Part shown: one piece after another, positions 1 to 9,533 of the stretch | Layout: each line of letters starts with the position of its first letter | How positions within the stretch are numbered: position 1 is the stretch's first letter | Source of the DNA: an uncultured Methylomirabilota bacterium | Lineage (GTDB): Bacteria > Methylomirabilota > Methylomirabilia > Methylomirabilales > 2-02-FULL-66-22 | NCBI GenBank assembly: GCA_963845565.1 | Contig: CAWJSJ010000005.1 | Span: 416,001-480,000 of the forward strand | Direction: 5' to 3' | Length of the DNA: 64,000 nucleotides | Program-made: the position numbers and the translations under genes | The notes under the pieces: model-generated | What the model was told of the DNA's origin: nothing | Seen by the model: the letters and a program-made list of their open reading frames with translations, nothing else | Database searches by the model: none

Positions 1-430
1 GCACCGTGATGCCGTCCACCTCGACGGGCCGATCATCCAGGCGGGCGCGCAAACGAGTCCGCATCCCGCTGGCCCCCGAGAGCAGCAGCGGTTCCCGGGT
101 CTCGATCTCTGCCTGGGAAAGCCCGAAGAACAGGTGGCGCGCCACGGCGGGAAGCGGGCCCGCTTCAGGACTGCCGCAGTCCACGCGAAGGCCAATCGCC
201 GCGGCCAACTCCGGGGAGTGGAAGGCGAGCGCGGCGCCTTCGACGGATAAGGGTTGCCACCGCGCCGGCGGTCGCTGGACGGTAAACCGGTCGCGCGGAT
301 CGCCGTACAGTCCGTCTCCGCGCGGCCCCGACGCGCACGCCGACAGCAACAGCAGGACGAGGGACCAGACTCCGGTGCAATACCAGGCTGCGACGCGAGG
401 AATCGTGTCTACCCTCCCATCTGCACGCAC
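1..430 (-). CDS. Hypothetical lipoprotein, truncated by the window edge (not in the ORF track)
   Basis: Manual translation from GTG at 430 gives ...WSLVLLLLSACASGPRG (hydrophobic run plus LSAC lipobox). The frame stays open to base 1. It lies downstream of hpnG on the same strand. Start codon uncertain. Confidence 0.6.
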   Translation of the reverse strand, partial: MRADGRVDTIPRVAAWYCTGVWSLVLLLLSACASGPRGDGLYGDPRDRFTVQRPPARWQPLSVEGAALAFHSPELAAAIGLRVDCGSPEAGPLPAVARHLFFGLSQAEIETREPLLLSGASGMRTRLRARLDDRPVEVDGITV

Positions 431-519
431 ACGGACCCTTTGCGGAGTGGGCGCACCCGCGCGCCGCTCTCGCCCGGTCGAAAACCGGTCCGGACGGATC
501 CCATCGTACTGGAGATGCG

Positions 520-1356
520 CTAAGGCGTCAAGGCGGCCCACGCGCCGAAGGCCACCTCGAACCCCTGCCAGAGGTTGCGGCCGGCAAGGCGACTCGCCCG
601 TCCCAATTGCAGCAGCGGCTGCCAGAATCGGCGTCCCTCCCGGACTCCGGCCAGCAGGCCGCGCCAGCGCAGGTCGCCTCCCGGGCTGGTGCAGCGGGCC
701 AGCGATGCGGGGAGCGGGTCACCGGCGGCATCCACGACCACTTTGAGTGCGGCCCAGGGAATCCCCAACGCCTGCGCGGCCCGCGCGACCCCCGCGGCTT
801 CCATCTCCACGGCGACGGCGCCGCTCCGCCGGTGGGCCGCGCGCTTCGCGTCCGGTGTCCGGAGGGGCGCCTCGACCGTGATCAGCGCGCCGGAGTCGAC
901 CGGCAGTCGCGCGCGACGCAGAGCGGCACACACGGCGGCATGGGAGGCGTCGAACGCCATGGGGGCGCTCGTGGGCTCTCCATCGTCCAGGACGACGCTG
1001 GGACAGACCAGATCCCCCGGCCGGAGGGTATCGACCAGGCCGCCGGCAAACCCCAGGGACCAGACGGCATGCGCGCCGAATGTACCGGCGGCGGCGATCA
1101 CCGCCTGGCGGGCGCGTTCACGACCGATACCGGCCTGCACGAGCAGGACGTCCCGGCCGGCCAGAGTCCCGCGCACGGTCGCCCGGTTGCCGAGCGTCCC
1201 GTGTTGGGCGGATTGCAGCGACCCGCGGAGGGCGTGGCGCTCGGCCGCCAATGCGACCACTAGGATGACGGGTGAAGCCGCAGTTCCTATACCGGTACCG
1301 CCCGCCGTGGCCGCGCCGTCGCCGTCCGGTTGTCTGGCGCCAAGGGAGGTGCCCAC
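520..1356 (-). CDS. hpnG: Hopanoid-associated nucleosidase/phosphorylase (MTA/SAH nucleosidase fold)
   Basis: Motifs GIG, GFAGGL..LRPGDLV, VEMEAAGVA and KVVVD; directly downstream of shc. Confidence 0.8.
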   Translation of the reverse strand: MGTSLGARQPDGDGAATAGGTGIGTAASPVILVVALAAERHALRGSLQSAQHGTLGNRATVRGTLAGRDVLLVQAGIGRERARQAVIAAAGTFGAHAVWSLGFAGGLVDTLRPGDLVCPSVVLDDGEPTSAPMAFDASHAAVCAALRRARLPVDSGALITVEAPLRTPDAKRAAHRRSGAVAVEMEAAGVARAAQALGIPWAALKVVVDAAGDPLPASLARCTSPGGDLRWRGLLAGVREGRRFWQPLLQLGRASRLAGRNLWQGFEVAFGAWAALTP

Positions 1357-1361
1357 CGCGA

Positions 1362-3344
1362 CTACCGGGGCAGACCCAACGGGATCACGGGCGATCGCGC
1401 ACCGGCATCCTGCTGTGTGCGGAGTCGGCGATAGAGCGCGAGTGCCCAGATGGGGAAATACGCCCGATAGCCGTGATAGCGGAGATAGAAAATGCGTGGG
1501 AACCCTGTTCCGGTAAATTCCGCCTCGTTCCAGAAGCCGTCCGGCCGCTGAGTCGAGAGTAAGAACCGGACCCCGGTCGCGATAGCGGGATCCCGCACCT
1601 CGCCGGCGAAGAGCAGCCCGAGAAGCGCCCAGGCCGTCTGCGAGGCCGTGGATTTCCCCATCCCCCCGGTGCGCGGGTCGTCATACGTATAACAGGACTC
1701 CCCCCAGCCCCCGTCCGGATTCTGCCGGCTGAGGAGCCAGGCGACCGCCTTCCGCACGCAGGACTGACCCATGTCTGCGCCGATGGAATGGAGGCCGGCC
1801 AAGACGGACCACGTGCCGTAGAGGTAATTCACGCCCCAGCGCCCGTACCAGGAGCCGTCGGCGCACTGCCGGGCTTGCGTGAAGGCGATGGCCCGCGCGG
1901 CGGCGGGCTCCTCCGGCCGGAACCCCAAATACCCCAATGCCTCCAGAACGCGCCCGGCCAGATCCTCGGTGCTGGGGTCCATCAGGGCGCCGTGGTCGGC
2001 GAAGGGGATCTTATTGAAGATCAGGCGGTTGTTGTCCTTGTCGTACGCACCCCAGCCGCCGTCGCTTCCCTGCAGGGCGAGGATCCAGTTCAAGCCGCGG
2101 GCGATGGAGCGGGTTTTGGCCTCTTCGTCCGGGAGGCGGATCTTGCGAAGCGACATCAAAACGGCTGCCGTGTCGTCCACGTCGGGATAATAGTCGTTCT
2201 CGAACTGGAACGGCCAGCCGCCCGGCTGGACGCCGGGTGCCTTCAGTCGCCAATCCCCCGGGCAACGGGTCTGCCGGTCGAGGAGCCACAGACCAGCCCG
2301 GACGAGCGCGGGGTCATCCGGGGGGAGGCCCGCCTCGACCAGGGTGCTGATGGTGAGGGCGGTGTCCCAGACCGGCGAGAGACAGGGCTGGACGCGGAAG
2401 GTGTCGGGGGTGTCGAGGCAGAGATCTTCGATCGCGGCCAGGCCGCGAACGACCTCCGGGCTGTCCAAGGGGTAGCCGAGACAGGTGAGCGCGATCACCG
2501 CGTTGGCCATGGCCGGGAAGATGCCGCCCAAACCGCCGTTGCCCTGCATCCGTTCCAGCATCCAGCGCTCGGCCATGCGGATGGCCCGCTGCCGGAACGG
2601 CTGTCGGACCAGGCGGTCATGGAGGCGCAGGCAGCGATCCACGAAGAGGAAGAAGTTCCGCCAGGTGAACGTCTCGGCATCGCGGGGGAGCGACAGGTCC
2701 GCCTCGTCTCGCGGGACGAGGTAGAGTTCGTCCAGGTGCGCATGAGCGGGGCCCGGCCGGACAGGCCGGTGCGCGAAGATGATGAGGAGCGGGATCAACA
2801 CGGTCCGGGACCAGTAGGAGATCTCGTAGAGATTGAAGTAAAACCAGCGGGGCAGGAGCATGATCTCCACGGGCATGCAAGGAACGCCCTTCCAGTCCAG
2901 CTCGCCGAAGAGGGCGAGAAGGATCCGCGTGAAGATATTGACCTCGGTGATCCCTCCCAGGTCGCGCACGCAGCGGCACGCCCGGACGAGGGCGGGGTGC
3001 GTGGGGGAATACCCGGCCATCTTCAAGGCGAAGTAGGCCTTGACCGTGGCACTGATGTTGACCGGCCCGTTCGCGTAGATGGGCCAGCCGCCGTCGGGGA
3101 GCTGCAGGGACAGCAGGTGACGGGCCGCCTTGGCCTCCCGGGCGGTGTCGGCGTTCCCCATCCAGCGGCGCAGCAGGAGGTATTCGGATGTGATGGTGGC
3201 GTCCGCCTCCAGTTCGTGCACCCAGAATCCTTTCGGATCCTGTTGGGCGAGCAACGCCTCGATGCCGCGCTGGAGCGCGGCATCGAGCACGGTCGTCTGC
3301 GGAACGTCATGGGCGCGCGAGGCGCGCAGCGGACGTGGATTCAT
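1362..3344 (-). CDS. shc: Squalene-hopene cyclase
   Basis: DVDDTA catalytic motif, QW repeats (QLPDGGW, QGSDGGW, QNPDGGW), RWGVNY, GTGFP. Confidence 0.97.
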   Translation of the reverse strand: MNPRPLRASRAHDVPQTTVLDAALQRGIEALLAQQDPKGFWVHELEADATITSEYLLLRRWMGNADTAREAKAARHLLSLQLPDGGWPIYANGPVNISATVKAYFALKMAGYSPTHPALVRACRCVRDLGGITEVNIFTRILLALFGELDWKGVPCMPVEIMLLPRWFYFNLYEISYWSRTVLIPLLIIFAHRPVRPGPAHAHLDELYLVPRDEADLSLPRDAETFTWRNFFLFVDRCLRLHDRLVRQPFRQRAIRMAERWMLERMQGNGGLGGIFPAMANAVIALTCLGYPLDSPEVVRGLAAIEDLCLDTPDTFRVQPCLSPVWDTALTISTLVEAGLPPDDPALVRAGLWLLDRQTRCPGDWRLKAPGVQPGGWPFQFENDYYPDVDDTAAVLMSLRKIRLPDEEAKTRSIARGLNWILALQGSDGGWGAYDKDNNRLIFNKIPFADHGALMDPSTEDLAGRVLEALGYLGFRPEEPAAARAIAFTQARQCADGSWYGRWGVNYLYGTWSVLAGLHSIGADMGQSCVRKAVAWLLSRQNPDGGWGESCYTYDDPRTGGMGKSTASQTAWALLGLLFAGEVRDPAIATGVRFLLSTQRPDGFWNEAEFTGTGFPRIFYLRYHGYRAYFPIWALALYRRLRTQQDAGARSPVIPLGLPR

Positions 3345-3357
3345 GCCGGCTCCCTGG

Positions 3358-4359
3358 TCAGGCGAGGTTCCAGCGCAGCATCTCCCAGAGGTCCTTCCAG
3401 CTCTTTCCGACCTCGCGAACCACCGTGTGCTCGAAGCCGCTGTGCATCATGCAGTTGGTGCAGCGCGGGTCGCGCTTGTTCTCGTACTTCTCCCAGTCGG
3501 TCTGGGTCATGAGCTCGTCGAAGGTCCGGTAGTGGCCGTCGGTGATCAGGTAGCACGGCCCTTTCCAGCCTTGCGGATTGTAGTTCGGTCCGCCCCAGGG
3601 GGAGCACTTGAGGTCCCGTTCGCCCTTCAGGAAGCGAAGGTACATGGGCGTGCTGAGGATGCGGTATTGCTTGGACAGCTCCCAGATCTTCTGGAACTTC
3701 TCATGTGTCTGCTGCTTTTCCAAAAAGATGTCGCGCCCCTTCAGGATGGTGTACTCGTACCCGGGCGTCACCAGGAAGCCGTCCACGCCGATCCCGGCCA
3801 GCTCGGAGAAAAGCTGGGTGATCTCGTCGACCTTGGTCTCCTTGTAGACGGTGGTATTGGTGACCACTCGGAAGCCCAGCGACTTGGCCAGCTTGATCAT
3901 GCGGATGTCGATCTGATAGAGCCCCTTCCGCGACCGCACCAGATCATGCGTCGGTTCCAGCCCGTCCATGGAGACGTTGATCGTGAGGTAGGGGCTGGGC
4001 GTCCATTTGCGAAGGAATTTCTCCAGCTTGATGGCATTGGTGCACAGGTAAATGAACTTCTTACGGCGGAGCAGCTCCGACACGAGCTCGTCCAGATGGG
4101 GATAAATAGTCGGCTCCCCTCCGCAGATCGACACGATCGGGGCCCCGCATTCCTCGACGGCCTGCAGGCAGGTGGCGACGGGGAGCATGTCCCGGATGGT
4201 GCTCTCGAACTCCCGGATCTTGCCGCACCCCTCGCAGGCGAGATTGCACAGATGGGTCGGCTCCAGCATCAGGACGAACGGATATCGCTTCTTGCCGCGC
4301 ACGGCATTCGCGACGATATACTTCGTCAGCGTCCACTGCAATTGCCAGGGAAACCTCAT
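3358..4359 (-). CDS. hpnH: Adenosyl-hopene transferase, radical SAM
   Basis: MLEPTHLCNLACEGC (CxxxCxxC), GGEP and C-terminal RCTNCMMHSGFE. The ATG at 4359 overlaps the upstream stop (ATGA). Confidence 0.92.
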   Translation of the reverse strand: MRFPWQLQWTLTKYIVANAVRGKKRYPFVLMLEPTHLCNLACEGCGKIREFESTIRDMLPVATCLQAVEECGAPIVSICGGEPTIYPHLDELVSELLRRKKFIYLCTNAIKLEKFLRKWTPSPYLTINVSMDGLEPTHDLVRSRKGLYQIDIRMIKLAKSLGFRVVTNTTVYKETKVDEITQLFSELAGIGVDGFLVTPGYEYTILKGRDIFLEKQQTHEKFQKIWELSKQYRILSTPMYLRFLKGERDLKCSPWGGPNYNPQGWKGPCYLITDGHYRTFDELMTQTDWEKYENKRDPRCTNCMMHSGFEHTVVREVGKSWKDLWEMLRWNLA

Positions 4360-5168
4360 GACGCAGCCCCTTCCCGCCGCGGCGTCGCCCAGACCGCCCG
4401 CGAAAACGTACACGCCCGAAGGGTGGCGATCGTCACCGGCAGCGCGAGAAGAACGCCGCAGAGGCCGAGCCACCACTCCTTCAGGGCAAAAGTGATCGAC
4501 AGGTTGAACACCAGCACGACGAAGTACAGGCCGGGGCACAGCCCGGCCCGCCCCCGGAACAGGACCTCCGTGACGGGGGGCAGCCGACGCTCCCAGATGT
4601 GATACAGGGCTATCGCAACGGCGCCGACCACCGCCCACCCCAGGAAGTTGGCCAGCGGTATCCCGAAGTAGAGACCTGGGTCTGGGTAGCCGTAGATCTG
4701 GCCCAGGAACCATCGGTCGCCCCGCAGGGCCACCGGATCGATGATGACATCCGCCAGCACGAACAGGCCTGTCGCCAGGGCAAGGTGGGGAAGCCGACGC
4801 GGCCGCGGCCACCGACCGCTTTCCCGCCGAGAGCCGCGGTTCTGTCGTCCCGCCAGGAGCAGCCACGCCACCCCGTAACTGGCGACCAGCAGGAACGGAA
4901 ACGAGATCGAGTCGAAAAACGGCACCCCGGCGATCCAGAGTTCCCGGTCGCTGGTCGTAGGAAGGTAATAGTACCACCCGAAGGGGATGCCTGTCCTGAT
5001 CGAACTCGCCTCGGCGACAAACGCCACCAGCCAGGTGAAGCCGGTGAACGCCACGGTGCGCCGCCAGCCCAGCAGGGCGCTGGCCCCCGCGAGGTGCAGG
5101 CCGAGGAGCGCGAAGACGTATGGCCGGAGAAGCAGGCTTCCCAGCAATAACCGCGGTACGTCGCTCAT
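4356..5168 (-). CDS. CruF/DUF422-family membrane protein (carotenoid 1,2-hydratase-like)
   Basis: Motifs AE..SI.TGIPFG.Y.Y, GVP, D.IIDP and GIPLANFLGW; multiple TM helices; SD AAAGGA before the ATG at 5168. Confidence 0.8.
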   Translation of the reverse strand: MSDVPRLLLGSLLLRPYVFALLGLHLAGASALLGWRRTVAFTGFTWLVAFVAEASSIRTGIPFGWYYYLPTTSDRELWIAGVPFFDSISFPFLLVASYGVAWLLLAGRQNRGSRRESGRWPRPRRLPHLALATGLFVLADVIIDPVALRGDRWFLGQIYGYPDPGLYFGIPLANFLGWAVVGAVAIALYHIWERRLPPVTEVLFRGRAGLCPGLYFVVLVFNLSITFALKEWWLGLCGVLLALPVTIATLRACTFSRAVWATPRREGAAS

Positions 5169-5409
5169 GCGTCCTTTCGGAGTTCGCGAGGTGCCTTGAT
5201 TGTTCGTCGCGATTCGGGTAGCCACTGGAGTGCGATGGCCCTCGTCCGAAGAATACGGCGGGGGCAGGGCGTTCGCGCTTCCGGGTTCGCGGCAATCACC
5301 ACCGAATCACAGCGGTTTCTAGCACAGGGTCGCGGGAAAATCAACCCAACTCGGGGCGCACGGGCAGCGCCGCGAGGCGCCACGCTCGCTCAACGCTTCT
5401 GCAAAGTGG

Positions 5410-5438
5410 TTGACAGACCAGGAGCGCGCTGGTAAGAC
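5410..5438 (+). promoter_or_regulatory. Putative sigma70 promoter
   Basis: TTGACA-N17-TAAGAC with an upstream TG. Confidence 0.4.
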
Positions 5439-5484
5439 TCTGGCCCGTGCCTCTCCAGCGCCGCCGAATTCACGGAGGAAAACC

Positions 5485-5718
5485 ATGGCCATTCCGACGG
5501 ATGACAATTCGGTCAAGGTCAAAGTGGTCACCTTGGCAGGCGTATTGGTTGGAAGAATGAGCAAGCCCAAGAATATCCGGACGCTGGACGCCCTGAACCT
5601 CAAGGGGGATTTCTTCGCCCTCACCGACGCCGCGGCCGAGGGAAACCTCCAGGACCGCCGCGGCTTCTTTGCCATTAACAAGTCTCAGGTCATTTCGATC
5701 GAAGAGTTGCCGGAGTAG
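5485..5718 (+). CDS. Small conserved hypothetical protein, 77 aa (DUF6812-like)
   Basis: SD GGAGG; R.LD.LN...FFALTDA and AINKSQVI pattern; codon usage like neighbouring genes. Confidence 0.65.
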   Translation: MAIPTDDNSVKVKVVTLAGVLVGRMSKPKNIRTLDALNLKGDFFALTDAAAEGNLQDRRGFFAINKSQVISIEELPE

Positions 5719-5822
5719 GACCCACCGGGCCTGTGACCCTGTTGGCGGAACCACCATATTCGAGGGCCGGGCGCGTGCCAAGAGGGCGCCCGGTCCCTAT
5801 GTTTTTCACCTCGAACCGTCGA

Positions 5823-7649
5823 TCAGGTCAGGCGTAATGCCTTCAGGCGCGCCTTGGTCGGCGCCCCGTTGGCATCCCAGCCGCGGAGGCGATAGTACTC
5901 GGTCAGCATGCGCTCCATGCCCTCCGGATCGACCGGCCCGATGTCGTCTCGCTGCCGGACGGTGAGGAGTCGCTTGGGAAGATAATCGTCCTTCCGCGTC
6001 AATCCCCGACCGACATTGATCAGGCGCTTGGCGTTGAAGATCCGCTCACCTGTCCGCATCAACTCCTCGGGCGTCACCTTCCAGCCGGTACAATAGTTCA
6101 GCCACTCCGCGAGAATCGTCGGACCGTAGGACACCACGATGTAGAATTTGCAGATGCCGAGGCCGTCGTAGAGGACCATGAAATCGTGCATCTTCATGTT
6201 CAACTCGGCCTTGCCGTCTGTGACGTAGGGGTCCATGGGGGCGGTGTAGCCGAGGTCGGGGAAAGGCAACCCGCTCTCCACGGTGAACGTCACCCCCTCC
6301 ATGTGGCACGCCCCACGGTTGGACACGGCATAGTTGAGGGCGTTCGACCAGAAGGCGCGGGGGTCGTGCATGGGGATCTCCACGCCCTTGACCTCCACCA
6401 GCATCTCTGCGGCGGCTTTCCCGATCCGCTCGGCGGCCGGCCGGGTGCCGTCCGCCAGCAGTTCCCCGATCCCCTCCCGCTTTCCGATCTTGTGCAGCAG
6501 TTGCACGATGGCCTCGCCGTCCCCCCAGACGGGACGGATCCCGTCCAGTGCGGCTTCGGAAAGGAGCCCCTTCTCGAAGGCCTCGATGGCGAATGCGATG
6601 GTGTTGCCCGCCGAGATGGTATCCAGCCCGTAGTCGTTACAGAGTTCGTTACAGTGGGCGATGACCTCGATCTGGTCGCAGTCGCACATGCTCCCGAAGG
6701 CGCCGATGGTCTCGTATTCGGGCGCGTGGCCCACCGCGGTGCCGGGGACATCCACCACCAGGGTGCAGTTCGAGGGACAGGAGAGGCACGAGCGTTCGTG
6801 CTTGCCGTACTTCTGGAACATGGTCTGGCCCGAGACGCGTTCGGCCTTCTCGGCCCAGCGGCCGCCCAGGAAATTCCGGATGGGCATGTCGCCGACCGCC
6901 TCGGTGGCCACCACGCCGCCGGTCGTCCCCAGGTGGAAATTCCGCTTGAAAGCGGCCTTCTCCTTCCCACCGTATGCGGCAACCCGCTGCATCAACCCGG
7001 CACCGTCGGCGACGGCGATGCCGCCGGTTCCCCGGACGACCACCGCTTTCAGGTTCTTGGAGCCCATCACGGCGCCCATGCCGGTGCGCCCTGCGGAACG
7101 GGCGTAGCGACCCTCGAACATCACGCACGCCATCCGGGACAGTGTTTCCCCCGCCTGGCCGATCCCGGCCACGATGGCGTCCTGATGCGTCTCGGCGAGC
7201 AGACGCTCGTCCGTCTCGAAGAACCCCTTGCCCCACACTCGGTCGGCAGGTCGGATCTCCACTCGGTCGTTCTCGATCCAGACATAGACCGGCTGTTTCG
7301 CCTTGCCGGTGAAGATCACGCCGTCATAGCCGGCGAACTTCAGCATGGGCGCCCAGGCGCCGCCTGCCCGAGCCTCTCCCCAGGCGTCGGTGGCGGGGGA
7401 GAGGGCGCACACCGTGGTGCGGTTGGCCCCCGGCACCAGCGTGCCACAGAGCAGCCCAGGCATGAAGCAGAGCGGGTTGGAGGGGTCCAGGGGGCCCTTG
7501 ATGGTCTTCAGTCGATCGCGAATCAGCTTGGCGCCTAGGCCGCTTCCGCCCAGGAAGCTTTTCGCCGTGGCGTCGTCCAGCGGCGTGGTCGTGATCTTTC
7601 CCGACGTCAGATCCACCCAGAGTAGTTTTCCGACATATCCCTTGGGCAT
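5823..7649 (-). CDS. aor: Aldehyde:ferredoxin oxidoreductase family protein (W/Mo-pterin)
   Basis: GY.GK.L.VDL, GR.GMGAVMGSKNLKA, CxxCxxxC, PEYET, GLDTIS, HDPR, RGACH and EYY..RGWD. Confidence 0.93.
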   Translation of the reverse strand: MPKGYVGKLLWVDLTSGKITTTPLDDATAKSFLGGSGLGAKLIRDRLKTIKGPLDPSNPLCFMPGLLCGTLVPGANRTTVCALSPATDAWGEARAGGAWAPMLKFAGYDGVIFTGKAKQPVYVWIENDRVEIRPADRVWGKGFFETDERLLAETHQDAIVAGIGQAGETLSRMACVMFEGRYARSAGRTGMGAVMGSKNLKAVVVRGTGGIAVADGAGLMQRVAAYGGKEKAAFKRNFHLGTTGGVVATEAVGDMPIRNFLGGRWAEKAERVSGQTMFQKYGKHERSCLSCPSNCTLVVDVPGTAVGHAPEYETIGAFGSMCDCDQIEVIAHCNELCNDYGLDTISAGNTIAFAIEAFEKGLLSEAALDGIRPVWGDGEAIVQLLHKIGKREGIGELLADGTRPAAERIGKAAAEMLVEVKGVEIPMHDPRAFWSNALNYAVSNRGACHMEGVTFTVESGLPFPDLGYTAPMDPYVTDGKAELNMKMHDFMVLYDGLGICKFYIVVSYGPTILAEWLNYCTGWKVTPEELMRTGERIFNAKRLINVGRGLTRKDDYLPKRLLTVRQRDDIGPVDPEGMERMLTEYYRLRGWDANGAPTKARLKALRLT

Positions 7650-7840
7650 GGCAGTTCCCCCTGAGGCTCGTGCCGTTCGTCGATTGGCGGGCCACCATCA
7701 GCCCGCCACGCGCGGAGCGTGGGCTGGTCACCACTGTCGCCGGTCGCGCGGTTGGCCGATTCTGGCAAAAACCCCGGGCGGGCGCAAGTCAAATGGCGGT
7801 GCGCCAGGCGCCGGTGGCCGTCAGCCGTCGGCAGGAAACC

Positions 7841-7882
7841 GAAAAAGAACGCCGCCTGTCTCGGACCACGAGACAGGCGGCG
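7841..7882 (-). terminator. Intrinsic terminator of pal
   Basis: 14-bp perfect stem CGCCGCCTGTCTCG/CGAGACAGGCGGCG followed by TTCTTTTT on the minus strand. Confidence 0.85.
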
Positions 7883-7912
7883 CCGGACGATCCGCCGGAG
7901 CGGTGTGAAGTC

Positions 7913-8527
7913 CTACTTGCCCTGGATCGTAAAGTGCCCTCGCCGATTCCACTTCCAGGCGCTCTCGTCGTGACCGAGGACGAAGGGGCGCTCCTTGCCA
8001 TAGGAGATCGTGGACACCCGATCGGCGGCGATGCCGGCGGCGATGAGGTAATCCTTCACCGACTTGGCGCGGCGCTCGCCCAGGCCGAGGTTGTACTCGG
8101 CGGTGCCGCGTTCGTCGGTATGGCCCTCGATGAGGAGCTTGGCGCCCGCATTGCCCTTCAGCCAGCCCACGTTGTCGTTGAGGGCGGCCTTCTGGTCGTC
8201 GCGGATGTTGGACTTGTCGAAGTCAAAGAAGACGTCCTTGAGGGGGGACGGACCAGGCACGGCCGCTGCCGCCGCCGGGGCTGCCGCCGCCGGGGCCGGT
8301 TGAACCGGCGTTTCCGCCGGGGCGGGGGTCCGGGTCACCGGCGTCTCCGCGGTCCGCGGGGCTGGCTGGGCTGGCGCCGCCGGGGCGGGGGATGTGGCGG
8401 CTTGCGGGCCGACCGCGGCCGGGCCAGCCTGCAGCACCTCGGGCCGCTTGGGGCAGCCGTAGAGCGCAAGGGACCCGATCAGGACCACCGCCGCGAAGAG
8501 CACCTGCACGTTCGACCGAAATCGCAT
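7913..8527 (-). CDS. pal: Peptidoglycan-associated lipoprotein
   Basis: LYGC lipobox, Pro/Ala linker, VFFDFDKS, IEGHTDERGTAEYNLGLGERRA, SYGKERP, NRR; SD AGGAGG. Confidence 0.93.
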   Translation of the reverse strand: MRFRSNVQVLFAAVVLIGSLALYGCPKRPEVLQAGPAAVGPQAATSPAPAAPAQPAPRTAETPVTRTPAPAETPVQPAPAAAAPAAAAAVPGPSPLKDVFFDFDKSNIRDDQKAALNDNVGWLKGNAGAKLLIEGHTDERGTAEYNLGLGERRAKSVKDYLIAAGIAADRVSTISYGKERPFVLGHDESAWKWNRRGHFTIQGK

Positions 8528-8864
8528 CAGACTCCTCCTTTCCCAATCGTCAGTGATGTTGAATCTTGGATGGGCGAACTTCGCCAAGTATAACCGAACC
8601 AGCAAAACCGCTCGCAAGGATATGGGCAATCGCCTTTTTATTCAAGAGAAAACGTACAACGGCCCGTTCGGCGAGCACGGACCTGATAAACCGGCCTCCC
8701 GGCTCCATCCTGCGGACCGTGACGGTGGGGACTTTACGCCTCGCGCGACCCCGGAAGATTTCGCTGGCGAGAACGCGCCGGGATGATGGTATCATCCCGA
8801 ACCAGGCAGGTCGTGGCCCCCGAGCGGGGGGATGGGGAGCCTTGCGGACGTGGCGGATACCAAG

Positions 8865-8896
8865 GGAACCCTGGACGGCGCCGACGGTCTTACCCT
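8865..8896 (+). promoter_or_regulatory. ECF-type promoter, probably autoregulatory
   Basis: GGAAC-N17-GTCTTACCCT, with the same spacing and -10 region as the copy at 10809. Confidence 0.75.
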
Positions 8897-8918
8897 AGAG
8901 AAGACGGAAGGCGACACC

Positions 8919-9533
8919 GTGGCGGCGGCCACGGTGGACGAGGATCGTCGGCTGGTGGATCGGGCGCGAGCGGGCGACGTCCAGGCCTTCGAGGCGCTGG
9001 TCCGCCGGTACGAACGGTGGGTGTTCACGTTGGCGGTTCGCATGGTGGGGGACCGCGCCCAGGCCGAGGACCTGGCCCAGGAGGTGTTCCTCAAGGCGTA
9101 TCGCGGGCTGCGGGGTTTCCGCGGGGGTGCCCGCTTCTCCACCTGGCTCTACGCCATCGCCAGCCACCACTGCCTGAATTATCTGACCGGGCGGGAGTCC
9201 CGGATGCGACGGGCGGAGCGGACCGACGGCCCGACGGACGGCCGCGGGGGCAGCCCGTCGTCGGTATGGGACCGTGTGGCGGACGAGGCGCCGGGACCGG
9301 ATGCCGTGCTGGAGCGGCGAGACCTGCGACGGCTGATCCAGGATGAACTGCTGCGCCTCTCGGAGGATCACCGGATGGCGGTCGTCTTGCGGGACATCCA
9401 GGGGATGTCCTACGAGGAGATGGCGGAAACGCTGGGGGTCGAGCTGGGGACGGTCCGCTCGCGGCTGCACCGCGCGCGCATGGAACTCAAGGCGCGACTG
9501 GGGCCGTCTCTGGGCGACAGGAGCCGGACATGA
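8919..9533 (+). CDS. ECF RNA polymerase sigma factor
   Basis: AEDLAQEVFLKAY, FSTWLYAIA and SYEEMAETLGVELGTVRSRLHRAR. Start moved from 8832 to GTG 8919 (SD GGAAGG) because the ECF promoter lies inside the longer ORF. Confidence 0.93.
   Translation: MAAATVDEDRRLVDRARAGDVQAFEALVRRYERWVFTLAVRMVGDRAQAEDLAQEVFLKAYRGLRGFRGGARFSTWLYAIASHHCLNYLTGRESRMRRAERTDGPTDGRGGSPSSVWDRVADEAPGPDAVLERRDLRRLIQDELLRLSEDHRMAVVLRDIQGMSYEEMAETLGVELGTVRSRLHRARMELKARLGPSLGDRSRT

Noticed and set aside
4360..5295. 645-aa ORF 3358-5295 suggesting an N-terminally extended HpnH
   Set aside because: The extension is an off-frame overlay of the CruF-like gene; the real start is ATG 4359
7650..7800. Possible Moco/Wco riboswitch upstream of aor
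   Set aside because: Alternative GC hairpins exist (CAGCCC/GGGCTG versus TGGCGGGC/GCCCGCCA), but the conserved Moco features are not recognisable and such pairing is expected at this GC content
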